Notes: generated by a model from the sequence alone, not told the origin. Positions 49,336 to 62,940 are shown, counted from the stretch's first letter. The stretch is DNA of 64,000 nt from Oikopleura dioica (GCA_907165135.1 OU015566.1:3410001-3474000), one strand, 5' to 3'. Numbers and translations: made by a program.

Positions 49336-50658
49336 TCATCCTTCGCAATTGTATTTGACAGGACAGTACTCCCATCTCACGTCTGGATCCGTGGTATAAC
49401 ACCATGCTCCACCAGCGTCCCCATCGTGGTCGGAGCAAAAGTTGTGCGACGAGTTCTCAGGCGCAGATTTTGGACGGTGCGGTTTTCGAGCGTCCCAGCG
49501 CTGGCAATCGAGACCGGAGATGGTTTGACTTAGTCGGTTTTCTTGCTTCAGGGAGTATTCGCCGATTTGGCCGGGGAAACAGTCTTCTTGTTTTAAGGGT
49601 GGCTCGCCGTTTTCATCGCATTTTGGGATCGAGCAATATTCAAAACGGACCTTTGAATTCTTTATTATTAGAAAGAAATCGGATTCTTTACCTCAGGATC
49701 GACTGTATAACACCAAGGACCTTGTTTATCCCCATCTGGGTTTCGACAAAAACTGTGTCCTTCCCCAAGATCAACTGGCTGATATTTGGGAATGTGAGGA
49801 AAACCAACGTTCCATTGCTGACATGCTCGGCCGGTTTTCGTGACATTGACTGTCCCAGAATAGCGGAAATCAGGTGACCAGCAGGATCGACGAGAGCTGA
49901 TCGGTACGTTTGGATTGATGACTGGGACGGCTCGGGGAATGTCGTAAAGGATTTTTTCTGGTGGCTCGTTGGTTAGGGTCGTGGGGATCTCGGTTGTGAT
50001 GGAAGTCGTGGTCGTTGTTGTTGATGATATTGTCGTTTCTTTTGCCATTTTTGTCGTTGTTGTTGTCGTCGTTGTTGTTGTGCTTGTTGTTGCTGGGGAA
50101 GTTGTTGTTATTGTCTTTTGTTCTGTTGTTTTCAATCCAGCAAGCTGCTCATTTGAAATAAGGGCTGCTCGAAGAGCTTCTCTTCTCTCAGTCGTGTGTC
50201 TTAAAGTCAAATTTGAAAAAACTCATTGAAAAAATGATGCCTGAAAATTTTCAATTCAACAAAAAACAGAAATTAAAACAAAAAACGGGGCCGAGATTAA
50301 ACCTGATGGTACTGAAGGGAGTGGTTTCAGTTCGCCAAGTTGTCGTTGATGTTGTTTCAATAGATGTTGTTGTTGGCAATACCTCATCATAGTTGTCAAC
50401 TGGATAGCTTGTTGGAATCACTGGTCGTTGCTCCTAAAATACGAGATTGGTTTTGAAGAAAGGTTTTGAAAATTTTTTTATTACTTTTCGAGGAAAATAA
50501 TTGTCAAGACTCAAATCTTCGAAGATTTCGTTTTCTTCTGTTGTTTCAAAGCTCTCTGTTGTTGTAATTTCTGTTGTCGTTTCTATTTCTGGTTCTTTTG
50601 GCCGCTTTTTGCAAGCAAAAGAGACCTGAAGAATTGATAAAAGCTTTATAAGTTTCAT
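49336..50658 (-). CDS. Secreted Thr-rich mucin-like protein with two kringle domains
   Basis: Signal MKLIKLLSILQVSFA. Kringle 1 TKTGRACQQW...HSFCRNPDGDKQGPWCYTVDP. Kringle 2 TISGLDCQRW...HNFCSDHDGDAGGAWCYTTDPDVRWEYC. No protease domain. Confidence 0.85.
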
Positions 50659-50956
50659 TTTAGTTTGTGTCACAAACTTTCTTACTTCAAGAGTTTTTCA
50701 AGTAACAAGTGTATATTTGGCGCCACCAGAACGTGCACGAGTTAATTTGCGTGTATTTTGAGTGAGTCACGTTGTTGAGATAAGCTACACTTATAATTGC
50801 ATGGCAACATAAATAAAGTAAATGAAACATAATTCTGCCTTTTATAAAAAAATCGTTTTTTGAATGAAAAAGGCTCCAAGGCGCTATTACTCTTTAAAAT
50901 AAAAGGTTAATTGATCTGATTTTTTACTGCTAAAATATTTTTACCTGAGACTACAG

Positions 50957-52490
50957 ATGGCGGTCCTTAGCTCATTTGAAAGTAAAAGTCGTTCATTTAT
51001 ATTCAAGAATACCAGTGAGCCGAAAATTGTCTCCAGAATGCTTTGTGAGAAAGAAATGATTGAAGGCAATTTTGAGGATCAAGATCTCTTCTGTCATTCA
51101 TCGCCAATGAGAAATTTTTTTGTAAAAATTGGTTTTTGGACGATTATTGGTTTCCTCCTCGGCGAGAGCTTCAAAATTCAAGGAAGAAAAATCAAAAAAA
51201 AATTTTCCGATGAAGAAATTTTTCGAGAAATCGAGAAACTGCAGAGACATATTCATCTCGTTGATCAAGCGAGATTTTCATTCGAAGATCTGAGAGAATC
51301 AAGCGGACAGATTCATTTTGCCGTTTTGAATGTTCATACTCAATGGGAAAAACGATGCCATTTCGAAGGCCCTCTCGTCATCAAGACGAACTCGCTTGTC
51401 CACAATTTAGTGAAGAATTATCCAAATAAGACGCGAACAGTTACCGTTCTGTATGGAACAAACAGTTTGATAACCAAGGGAGAAAGCTCAGAATATCACG
51501 TCAAGGTATTTTAGAAATTATTCGAGTCCATCCTAAATTTTTTTAAGAAATTGGAGAAATTCGCGTTCCTAAAAGAAGAAGAAGCGCTTGATCGAAAAAT
51601 AAGAGAGAAAGCTGAAGAAAAAATTTTGAATATCATTCTCCCAGTCAAAGGAAGAGGCGATGCATTATCGAGATTTCTCGTTAATTTCGAAGAAATGAGG
51701 AAAAGTCTGAAGCTGAAAATGACGATTGCTGTGCATGAGGAAACGATGGTTTCGACGAAAAATTTTCTTGAAGAAAAATATTTATCGTTGCTAGAATCAG
51801 GCATTTTACAAGTTGTTCCCTGTTTTCAAAAGCCTTTTAGTCGCGCAGGAAATGTTTCTTTATCAGACTAATTTTATGTTAATCAAATAAGGAGCATCTT
51901 GAAAGAATGTGTATCTAATGGAATCGAAGCTCTAGAATCATCTGATCTCTTCTTCATCTGCGATGTCGATCTTATTCTGAGCGAAAACGCAATCCAAATC
52001 GTGAAAAGTTTCACTGGCGAAAATCGAATTTTCTTCCCAATCATCTTCAGGTTCAATGGCTTCGATGAAACAATAATGATTTTCTAGTGAGTATGAAAAA
52101 TCTTTTGAAGAAAAAATAGCAATCGCGGAGAATCAAGGCTACTGGAGATCGACTGCTTATGGAATGGTCGCGATGACGAAAAAGACTTATCTTGAGACCC
52201 CTGGTTTCAATTTGAATCTGACTGGATGGGGAGGAGAAGATGTTCTTTTTGCCGAAGAAATTCTCAAATCAAAGGTTTATTATAAAGATTGACCTCTATG
52301 ACAAATTCTTAAGATCGATTTTTTCCGAGGAAATGTGGAAAACATCATTCACCCGTGGCACCCAAAACACTGCTCATTGTCGAACCAGAAACATTCGGCA
52401 AGCTGTTTAGCTGTCAGAGCTTTGAACAAGATTTCGTCAAGAAATCTTCTTAAGAATTTTTATCACAGCTCATTTGCAAATCAAAAATAA
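50957..52490 (+). CDS. Type II glycosyltransferase with a GT7/chondroitin-synthase-like domain (paralog 2)
   Basis: Same motifs as 42419-44024 (DVD, GWGGEDV, NVHTQWEK.CHFEGPLV.KTN). The start codon is uncertain. Confidence 0.8.
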
Positions 52491-52594
52491 CGATAAAAAA
52501 AGAGTGTTTTTTATTTGAAATTGTAAGATCTGAACTCGCGAGTGCTATAGGTTTTAGCATTTCCGCGAAAGAAGATTCAGGGAGAATTTTTTTC

Positions 52595-55500
52595 TTAGCA
52601 CACATCTTCGTATCTGCAGACGATACCGAGGGGACCATCACAAGAAACGTCGTTCCAATTGCTATTTGGATTCGCCTGGACACAGTTCTCCATCCCGTCA
52701 GCGTTGTTGGGCTCGAATTGGTCCCAGCTAGTAAATGGGAGATCTTTTCGTTTCAAGTCTTTGAATTTTCTGCCATTTTTTGTTCGCTTCATTCCAAGCC
52801 AGTCGGATCGATCAAGACCATCGCGAGCAGATTTAAAATCGTCAAATTCTTCCTGAAATAGAATTATTCGACTTTCGGCGAAAAATATGGCTTAAACTAA
52901 CCATTGTCTCGAAATGAGCAAGTTCTCCACCAGTTAGCCGACAGATTTTTTTAGCCAAATTCCAAGTGGTTTTGACATTTGTCGGAAAAGATTCGAATCG
53001 TGCGCATTTCTTCGGAAGATTCGTGCCGAATGTGCGGACTACCAAGTCTTTGACCTCGAAGTCAGACTCAACAGTTTTGAAGGTCTGAGATCCAAGGAAA
53101 AAATCTATAGGTAGATTTTCGATGTTCTCCCCGAGTCCCTCGGAAACAAGAACTGCTCTGTAAATTCCATCAATTTCTGTTCTCTTGTAAATTTTACCGT
53201 CTTCACCAAACCACTACGAAGTCGTGAATTCGGGAACAATTGTCAATACCGATCTCACCTGATTAACAGTTATTTCCATAAATTCACCATCCGTGCAATC
53301 ATTGAAGATGTAATCATCAACCTCATTTTTCGGGTTCACGAACTCTTCATTGATGTAAGTTTTGTCATTGTAGTAGTCCAATGGCCACACCACACCCTGA
53401 TACATTCCTCCTGACACTGCTCTTATACCAAGAGCACGGCTGGAGATGATATACGACCATGAACTTGTATGGGATTAGAATCTATACTCAGTGAAATTAT
53501 ATCAAAACTTAATATCAATAATGCTATTGAAAGCTAAAGAATATAAATCCCAGTCCTTCTCAATTTACTAAATTTTGAAAAATTGCACTCGACCTTGACT
53601 TTCACCTCGTATTCGCTTGAAGATCTCGCTGGGCAGGCTGTTTGAAACTCTTTTGAGTCAATCGCTACAACAGGCGTGCTTCCGATCAAAGTTTCTTCGC
53701 AAGTTGCATCCCGAACCGGTGGGGTCTAGAAAAATGATAAAAAGGAAGTGATAATTGTTCTTTACCATAGCAGGCGGAGGAACTTCTCCAAACGATCGAA
53801 TTTCCAGGTCTTTGACCAGAAAATCGGAGTCAACAGTTTTGAACGTTTTTCCACCAAGAACGAATCGGACATCTTCTTCTTCTTTGTCCTCAGGAAGTCC
53901 ATCGGAAACCATTACAGCCCTCCAAATTCCATCGACTTCCGCTCTCCTGTATATTTTGTTGTTTTCGCCGAACCACTATATTTGATTTGAAAAATTTTTC
54001 ATTGAAAGGAGTTTAGATGAATGTAAATAACATTCTCGGGGCAAAATCCTAACCCTCAGGTTTCTTGTCCTTATGTGAGAGCCCGTGCTCTGAGGATTCG
54101 AATGGTATATAGTTCTGGGGCTGACTCATCGGTAATGACGTCATTTTGGATAGTGAAGGGCCGTATGGGGTTAACCTATAGCTACCGCTAATTTTTAATT
54201 GAATATAGGAACCTATATTGATTTTGGGCTCATTCGAAAGTGCAGCTCGAAATCTACTAGCGGGCCTACAAATCTGGGTCAACCAACCGGTTTTCAATTT
54301 TTGACCACGTGGTTAGGTGGCTCTAGAATTTTTTCCCCTGGGAATTTTTCCTCCCGCATGATCCCCGCTCGTAGATCTCGACCTGCTCTTTCGAATGAGC
54401 CCAAAATCTGCATACTTTTATCAGCAAACTTAAAAGTTACAGGTGTCGGTTGTTTTCAACCAATCACAGAGACCCTATGACGTCATTTCTGATGACTAAG
54501 ACCCAAAACCTATACCATTCGACTCCCCAGATCACGGGCTTTTAGATGAGCACAAAAAACATGGGGGTCTGGATTTGGTCCCGAGAATGTCATTTTCATT
54601 CATCTTTACCTGATTAACAGTGATTTCCATGAACTCTCCATCTGTGCAATCATCGAAGAGAAAGTCGTCATCATTATTAGGGTTATCATATTCTTCATTA
54701 ATATAGAATTCGTCATTCTGCCAATCTACTGGCCAAACAACACCCTGGTATTGTCTTCCGGAAACTGCTCTCAAAGAAAATGCATTGCTGCTAAGAATAA
54801 ATGACCAGGAACTTGCAAGGGATAAGAATACGAGTTTCATTAAAAACGTCAAAAGAGACTTTCATCTAAAAAAATCGTCTCTTTTGAGAAAAAAACAAGC
54901 GTTATTCATATCCCTTTCCTTCCAACTGCTAGAACTTTTGCGAAATTGCATTCGACTTTAGCTTTGATTTCGTATTCGTCAGCAGATTTTACGCCACAAA
55001 CAGTACTGAACTCCTTTGAGTCAATCGCTGGTACTGGCGTGCTTCCGATTAAAATTTCCGAGCAAGTTGCCTCTCGAATCGGCGGGGTCTAGAAAAATAC
55101 TTAAACAGGAACAGATTATTGTTGTTTACCATCGCAGGAGGAGGAACTTCTCCAAACGATCGAATTTCTAGGTCTTTGACCAGAAAATCGGTGTCAACAG
55201 TTTTGAATGTTTTTCCACCAAGAACGAATCGGAGAGCCTCGTCCTCTTTGTCCTCAGGAAGTCCATCGGAAACCATTACAGCCCTCAAAATTCCATCGAT
55301 TTCCGCTCTCCTGTAAATTTTGTTGTTCTCGCCGAACCACTAGATTTGATTTTATAAACACTCATGAAAAAAAAATACCTGATTAACGGTTATTTCCATG
55401 AACTCTCCATCTGTGCAATCATCGAAGAGAAAGTCATCATCATTATTCGGGTTATCATACTCTTCGACAATATGAAATTCGTCATTTCGCCAATCTACTG

Positions 55501-56034
55501 GCATAACAACACCCTGGTATCTTCTTCCTGAAATTGCTCTCAGAGAAAACGCTCTGCTGCTCAGAATATATGACCATTTACTTGTAAGGGACGAGACTAA
55601 CATTTCCATTAAAATATTTAAAAGAGACGTCCTCTCAACAATAATCGTCTCTTTTGATGAAAACGAAGCGATAATTCATATCCCTTTCCTTCCAAGTGCG
55701 GCGAGTTTTGCGGAACTGCATTCGACTTTCACTTTTAACTCATATTCTTGCGCAGTTTTTACGCCACAAACAGTATCGAACTCCTTTGAGTCAATCGCTG
55801 TTACTGGCGTACTGCCAATTAAAATTTCCTTGCAAGTTGCCGTCCGAATCGGTGGAGTCTAGTTAATAAATTTATTAAAAAAAAAAATTTTTCTTTACCC
55901 ATTCTGGTTGTTCGACAAATGATCGTTGGGGAGATGTCTGAATGGTTAAAATAATTGAAGTTATAAATTTTATCTCTTCTTACCAAGGACTCGCCACGTG
56001 AGAAGTCAAGAAGGAAAAAAAGTAAATTCTTCAT
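52595..56034 (-). CDS. Secreted protein with three tandem ~200-aa unrecognised modules and a C-terminal C-type lectin domain
   Basis: Signal MKNLLFFLLDFSRG. The module TPP.R.ATC...IDSKEF...KVEC / SWS.I.SS.A...RA.SG..YQGVV.P.D...DCTDGEFMEITVNQ / WFGE...Y.R.E.DGI.RAV.VS.GL...FKTV..DF.VKDL occurs three times with the same intron positions. The CTLD has WLG, FEPNN, ENCV and WNDVSC. Confidence 0.8.
54047..54573. mobile_element. Intronic MITE with ~100-bp imperfect TIRs
   Basis: GCCCGTG.TCTG.GGA.TCGAATGGTATA...AATGACGTCAT occurs in inverted orientation at ~54080-54146 and ~54478-54542. Confidence 0.7.
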
Positions 56035-56969
56035 CCTAAGTGCAAAGGGTCTGCTACTGACAATCAGAAGAGAAGATTTCGTATTTATAGGAGTAGGATC
56101 GGGGATAGAGAGCAATTCAAATGGGTAAAATACGCCATCAAGTATAGCGCGCCCCGCCGCAGACTACGTCATATGCATCAAAAGTTCTAATCTTTATTAC
56201 AGTGAAATCTCAGAATTCGCGAAACCGAAATTTTTGCAATCATTCTCAAAAAGCTATTCCGGCGAAACTTCTCCGGAGAGAGTGCGCCAAGTCGATGATG
56301 AAAAAGTCTTTTTCGAGAAAGAGCTTTTTTCGCGATTTTTGGGCTTATCATCTCTCGAAAGACGCGAAAGTCGCGAAAATGATGTGAGAAAATAATTATT
56401 GCGCATATTTTTTTCTTTAGTACGCGTATTAACAATTAAACTAAAAAAATCCAAATTATTTTTCTCTCCTCGACAAGGGAAAAATCTCTGGATAAACTTC
56501 AATTCAACTTGGATTCTTTTTTTTATTGTTACAAATAAAAAATTGTGCAGTAGTTCCGCAAGGAGGGAGAATCTTATCAGTATACGTCGCTAATTAAGGC
56601 TCTTAAAAAAGCTCTTGAGTCGCTTAAACGATTTAGGCTAAACCTCGTCTCTTTAATCTTTAAAATTATCTTATCATCTAAATTGACTTTTCGAAGAAAC
56701 TTTTAGATAGCATCAAACTCGCGATACGATACATAACTATTAAATACATACGTCGCATTCAAAAGTTCAGATAGATATTTTGAAAGAAGCGGTTAACCGG
56801 AAAACTCAGCAGCGGTTTCGGATTAACTCCCCTGCCCGCAACTTACTTAAACCTCCAAGAAAATTCAGCAATACGGTTTTCAAAATAAGGGGAATTCTGA
56901 AGTAGGCGCAGCGAAATACGGCTGTATCATTTTATTTATAATCTTTGATTAATAATCAGTAAAAATAAT

Positions 56970-57935
56970 TTATTGAGTCTTCTGTCTTCCGCGGAACTAA
57001 AGAAAAATTAACGACCGTATTAATTAAATTTTACTTACAGTATTCATCGACTCAAAGTTCCCGCCCCACTTGCAGAGGTGCAAAAATGCTTTTCTCGGAA
57101 AAATAGCTTGGCAAAACTAAAAGATAGAAATCAGCTCTAGAATATTTTCAATCGGATTTACATCAAGTGCAGTTAGCCGTCCGGGAAGAAGAACCTTATC
57201 AGCGTCAGTTTCGATCGCTTTGACAATGTCGTCAATGACAGATTGCGGCTCTAGAATCGCAGAAACCAGCGGTCGATTTGCTTGGAAACCGTCGAAGAAA
57301 CCGGTGTTGATGGCGTAGGGGCAGATCCAGGAGACCTTGATGTCTTTGTTGTCCCGAAACATTTCCATCGAAAGAGTCTGAAATTTTTGGTTTCAATTTC
57401 TAGCGCAAGAAACGAGCTCTTACGTCAGCAAAATGAGCAGCAGCAGCTTTACTGGCGCAGTAATCGGTCAGACCAGGAACGGCGAAATATCCAGCGGCAG
57501 AGGCGATAGAAACTAGAAAAAAGGGAATGAAGTTTTTCAGTTCAAGATTTCTCGCTTACCAATATGTCCCTTGTTCTTCTCCATCATTTTGGGCAAGAAC
57601 GCCTTGGTCGTCCAAAAGTGCGAAATCGCGTTGACCTCAAAAGTCTTCAAAATCATCCTGTCGTCCGAGTCGATCAAGCTCTTTCCTCCAACAACACCTG
57701 CGTTGTTCACCAAGATCGTCACATCTCCGGCGACTTTGACGGATTCCTTTGCGACGGCGTAGACCTCTTCTCGGTTGCTGACGTCGCATTTGAAGGCGAA
57801 GGCTTTTCCGCCAGAGTTGTTGATTTCGTTGACGGTTTCAATGTTTCCCTTGACATTGACATCCCAGCAAATGACTGTCACTCCCTTAGCAGCGAGTTGT
57901 TTTGAAACTCCTGCTCCTAGGCCACTTCCAGCGCC
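56970..57935 (-). CDS. Short-chain dehydrogenase/reductase, SDR16C-like (RDH10/SDR16C5/HSD17B11 group); 5' exon not located
   Basis: GAGSGLG, CDVSNREEV, LVNNAG, FEVNAISHFWTTKAFLPKM, catalytic YCASK, CPYAINTGFF and C-terminal SMNTFRGR. Confidence 0.85.
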
Positions 57936-58929
57936 TTAGTTTTGAATCAAAATTTAGGATCATCTATTTTGTATTGATTTTAGCCAATTTGGAGAATGCG
58001 CGCGAATTTCAAATTCGAAATTCAAGCAAAATTACGAATTTCAAATTTCAATATTTTTTTTGTAATTATTTTAAGGGATTTCTTAATGAAGAAACTCTAG
58101 TACAGAAATTAATTTTCATAAGGGGAAACACCTTGAAAAGACGGGCTGAAAACATTGATACTCGCGAAAAACCCCATTTTGGGCCATTTTCAAAATCGAA
58201 CTTGTTTTTCCTGCTCTTAGATAGAGCCCTAAATCAATAATAACTGTCTTCCTTGATCCCTGATCTACAATCTCTAGTACAGGCATGTGATTCCGTCAAG
58301 GATTGTAGAATTTTTCTTAACAAGATGTTTTTTAACTGATTTTTGCCATTTTTTTGACTTTCTTTGCTCTCTAGCGCCTGTAAGTGGTTAGATATTTTAT
58401 CAAATCTATTTTTTTCTAATTCAGTTTTCTCCAAGCTTTCTAAAGAGCCCTTATTCATCTGATGATGTCGACTTTGAAAAGTCGAAAATATTGCAAATTT
58501 TTTCTAAGTAAAATTTTTCGTTAAAATAAGGCATTTTCAAAGCTGTGTCACGACTTACCACGTGACGGACTTCCTTTGACATAATATATGAAAATGATCG
58601 CCAGACAACGGAGATTCCAAAAATATATCACATAAAAGCTCTCGATGATATTTTTCAAATCGGGAGGGGATCCCTTAAGGAAAAATTATTTTTGATGAAA
58701 ATACCTGTAACAAGTGCAACTTCTCCGTCCAAAGATTTTCTAGGGCTCGGGAGCGGAAAAAGCAAAATAGACTTGACAATTTCATAAAAACACAAAATCA
58801 GCGGTTTCAAATCGTTTTCCCAAGAAATCATTACTGCTCTCTTTTCTTATATTTTTTTTACGAGAATGAGATTTTGGACTTGATGAATTTTTATTTGACT
58901 AGAGGGTCGGTTACGTAACTTGATCGGCT

Positions 58930-61347
58930 TCAGAAGGCATGGTCGAGAGATTTTGGCAGAAAGAGGAGAAAAATTATGTAAACAAAAATGCACCACTCGA
59001 TCACTTGAACAACTGCGATGGTTAATGCTCGTTTCGGGGATCCTCGGGCCATTCTAGGGCATGATTCATGAAAATCTTCTTTTAGCAGAGAAACAATGTA
59101 CCTTTGGACCTGTTGAATTTTGGCTTGGCTTTCATAGTATGTGTTTGTTATTAAAATCGAGGCTCGTTTTGATGCTTTTTTGATCTTCTCCGGAATATCT
59201 CCTGGTAATTGAAATTGCTTGACTCTAAGTTGGCTCATTTTTTTTATTTTGAATCATTTCCTGTCCTTTTCAAGAGGTTTTGCTTGATACCTTACCTGTA
59301 AAGAAACCTGAGACAGGGCCTGTTTCCTATTTTTTGGACCCTGTTCTGTCTGCCTGATTGAAAAAAGGACTCATTTTCGGCCTGTAGTAACTCATTTTCA
59401 TTGATAATTTATTATCTTATTGTATTTTTAAAGTATATTTATTTTATATGAATAATGACATGGATAGAAGTCGTTACAAAGCAGAATTGAAAGTACAGAA
59501 GGCAAAATTTCTTTCAAGTTTTTAAAGAAAATAACACTTTTTCATTTTTTTTCTTCACATAATATGGCATGAACTTTTCTCCTCGTATCTGGAACTCTTT
59601 GGAATGGCCGATTTCAAGCTCGTTATACTCGCGTCCTCTGTGTCTTTGACTTTCGGCATGATGCACGAAAACAAGGAGGACTCCTTGAGACTTCCTCGAC
59701 GCCCTTTTTTTATGAAAGCGAGGAAAAGATTTTCGGCGCTGGGATTTTGTGAAAGAACTCCCCGCTGCGGAAGATTTGGAAATTGAGGCACAATCAAGCT
59801 TGGTTGAATTTGTTTCTGGATTGTCGATTTTTCGAGGCGCTAGAATGGGCGCTTGCTCGGGCTTCGTTTCGACTTGTACTTTTGGTGCTTCAGGGGAAGA
59901 GATGATTTCAGTTGTTTTTGGTTCCTCGGATTTTGGAGAACCTTGTACTTTTTCGTCCTTGTTTGTGTTGATTTCTGTTTTGGATTGTTCTTTTTTCTCC
60001 GCGGAATCGGGAATTTCTGAAGAAGAATTGTTTGTTGTGGTCCTTTCTGCTGATGCTTGTTCAAATGATTCTAGGGCTTCGATTTCTAGAAAAAAAAATG
60101 AAAATGAAAAAATTGCGAATTTTCTTACCAGATTCAGTTTTCTCCTCTTTTTCTTCATTTTCTCCTTTCTTCCATTCCGAAACCGCTTCCTTCTTACAAT
60201 CAGCAGCATCTGTATTTGAAACCACATCTTTCGACTGTTCTGGTTCTTCTTTTAATTCTGGCTGTTCTCCACTCGCGGTTTGATTGATTAAATTCGACGC
60301 TTCCGGCTGCGGTTTTTTCGCTTGAGATTTGGAGTTTTTCGAGAATCGCTGGGATTTGCGCACTTCTGAAGGACGAACAAGATTTTCTGACGAGATTTCG
60401 GCTTGGCATTCTTCGAGGCTGAAGAATATCGTGAAAAGTTTGAAAAAAATGAAGCGAATTTTCGGGCTTGAAAGAAAAGATACCGTCTAGCAATCTCAGC
60501 CTCTCGAATTTCGGCAGCAAGGAGCTCAATCGCGAAATTAATCGTCTCGGTGACAATTTCTTCTGCCATGATTTTCGTCTCGGATTCAAAGAACTCTTCT
60601 TCCTCGTCCTGAAATTGAGCCTCGCAGGTGTCGTCCAAATCGTTCAGCATTGATTCAAGAAGATTTGCGCTGGATATTTTTCGGCCTTGCTCTTAAAATT
60701 GATGATTATTTTTTCGTTGAAAAGCATTAACAATTTATCAAACTGAGCGTTTAGATTATTTGACGGGCAGAAATGGAAGTTAAAATTAGCTAGAGGGAGA
60801 GAGAGACAGAAGAAGTCCAAATATATTATACTTGGTGAATCGCTCAGTTTTATGATCAAAAAAATTGAAATTTACAAATTGAAAATCGAGTTATGGTTTT
60901 TTCGATAATTGTCTCTATCAGAGGCTCTCAAAAATAAAACTCAAAATTATAAAAAGTGACCACTTTGACCTTAAATTTAGCAAATTTCTTGTGGAACAAT
61001 ATAAAAACTCTTCTGACAAATTGAAAATCTAAGATAGAGGGTATTAAGAAAGCCCATTTGATTCCCCTTATCATTAACATTTTCCGAGTTATTCAACGGT
61101 AAAGTTGCGGAAATTAAAGGCAGTACCCTTAATGAAAAGCGAAATGAAAGGCTCATAATAATTTTCTCGAATAATCAGTACCTTCTGAGCTTATCTTCCT
61201 CTCCATTCTAGCTGCCTTTTTCCTGCTTTTCTCCTCTTCCTCCTGCTCTCTCCTTAGCTCTTCTTCGTCTTCTTCGGCTATTGTCCTCAATGAATAGGTT
61301 CCGCTCTCGAAGTATTCAAAATTCGCCGAATGAAAATAGTCGTCCAA
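58930..61347 (-). CDS. Acidic, low-complexity protein of unknown function (multi-exon); may extend to acidic exons at ~63100-63600
   Basis: Several E/K/S-rich minus-strand ORFs (59514-60227, 60061-60363, 60288-60650, 61153-61347) separated by short GT-AG introns. Exon chaining is not fully resolved. Confidence 0.5.
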
Positions 61348-62685
61348 ACTTTTTGGCGTTTTTTTCCAACTCTCGAATTCAAGAATTCATAAAAAAAGGG
61401 CTGAGAAAAAAGCGCTGACAGGCTTGGCAAGCTGAGCAGCAAAAAAACTACTGCTGTGGCCCGGGGCGGAGCACCAACTGCACCTCGCCAATCTCGCGAA
61501 ATTTAAATTTTTCACCTGCAATTTGTGGCTCATCACACCGCCGCAAACTAAACCCACAAAACATAATTATGCGCAGCGCTGCGAATCTTGGTTTTGAAAA
61601 ATATTGAACCTTAAAGATATTTCCCTAAGGTTAAGCAACCTGTTTTGAACATTCGTCACAAAGCTGTTATCTTATTTTTTTAATTAAATTTTATTTAATT
61701 AGAAAAAAATATTCAAAATCAATTAAAATGGTTTTATTAATAATAAATAAAATAATAAGTTAATTTTTTTTAGTATAATTCTTTAATTTAAGGGGGCGAT
61801 TTTTGACTGGCGCTACAGACAAGAAAATCTTAGATTTTCAATTTTTCTCTTCATATTTAGATAGAAACATCTACGACCTACGAACATCTCCCTCGAAATT
61901 TGTTTTTGTCATCAAATTTTTGAGAAATAGAGCTCAGAAGCAACTCATCTCTCCAAAATTCTCGATTTTCGCACATTTTCAACTTCGAATATCTTGAGTC
62001 AGGTAACAGGAAAAGAAATTTGATTCACATTTTTCTGAAGCTGAACCCCTTTCTAAGGAACATCCATGAGGAAATTCTGTAAACATAAATAAATATGATG
62101 TTTTCTTCTATGTTACATAAATTATGTATAGGCTTCCCGCACTATTTTCGATTTTGCAGGATCTTGTGCCAAATGACATGAAACTCAGTGAACATATGTA
62201 TCAAGACACGCAAAAAAATCCTGCACTAGCAGATTTTCAAAAAGACCCAATCTTCTGACCTTTTTCGGCCAATAAATAGAGAGAAAAAAAGCACTAAAGT
62301 CAATCAAATCGATTTTTAAGGGTGTTCCGACCCCTATCTTGATATTTTCAACCTCACCAGATGAAAGCTGAGCGTCTTCTCTTTCACCAGGATGTAAAAT
62401 TTTTATGGTCGGAGTACTCCTTCATGATTTCACGGAGCTTCAAAGTCGAGCAAAAGTGTCAGATACGGAATTTCAAAATTTCCAACTTCCGATAGAGCTG
62501 TGCTACAGACATGTTTGATAGCTAGAATTGAAGCTCGTAATGCACTGAGTTGAGTCGACCATGTTTTGACTGACCAACCGGTCATTTTCGATGAACCAGC
62601 CGGTACAATTGGATTTTTGCCTCAAATATCGATTTTTGGGATCTAAAAATAAAAAAAAAATAGATTTATCACGAATTTTAATTTT

Positions 62686-62940
62686 GAACCGATGTTGAAC
62701 CGGGTGGTTGAAGCCGCGGTTTATCGCGGTTAATTTCAATTACTACATAAAACTCCTCGATATGGGTTTTTTATTGAACCGAATACTAAATCAAATCGTT
62801 CTGTGATGAAATAAAAGTGAACCGTCGATTAACCGGGTGGTTAGACACGTGGTAAAACGTGGTCAAGTGCAATATATGATAAATACCCTCCGATATGGGT
62901 ATTTTATTGAGCCAAACAATCAATCAAAGCGGCCAAGCCT
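62686..62940. repeat. Diverged tandem duplication of a ~133-bp unit
   Basis: Two copies of AACCGGGTGGTT...CGATATGGGT.TTTTATTGA.CC.AA. Confidence 0.55.

Noticed and set aside
56190-56400. TA-CAGTGAAATCTC, resembling the start of a Tc1/mariner element
   Set aside because: No matching right TIR was found.
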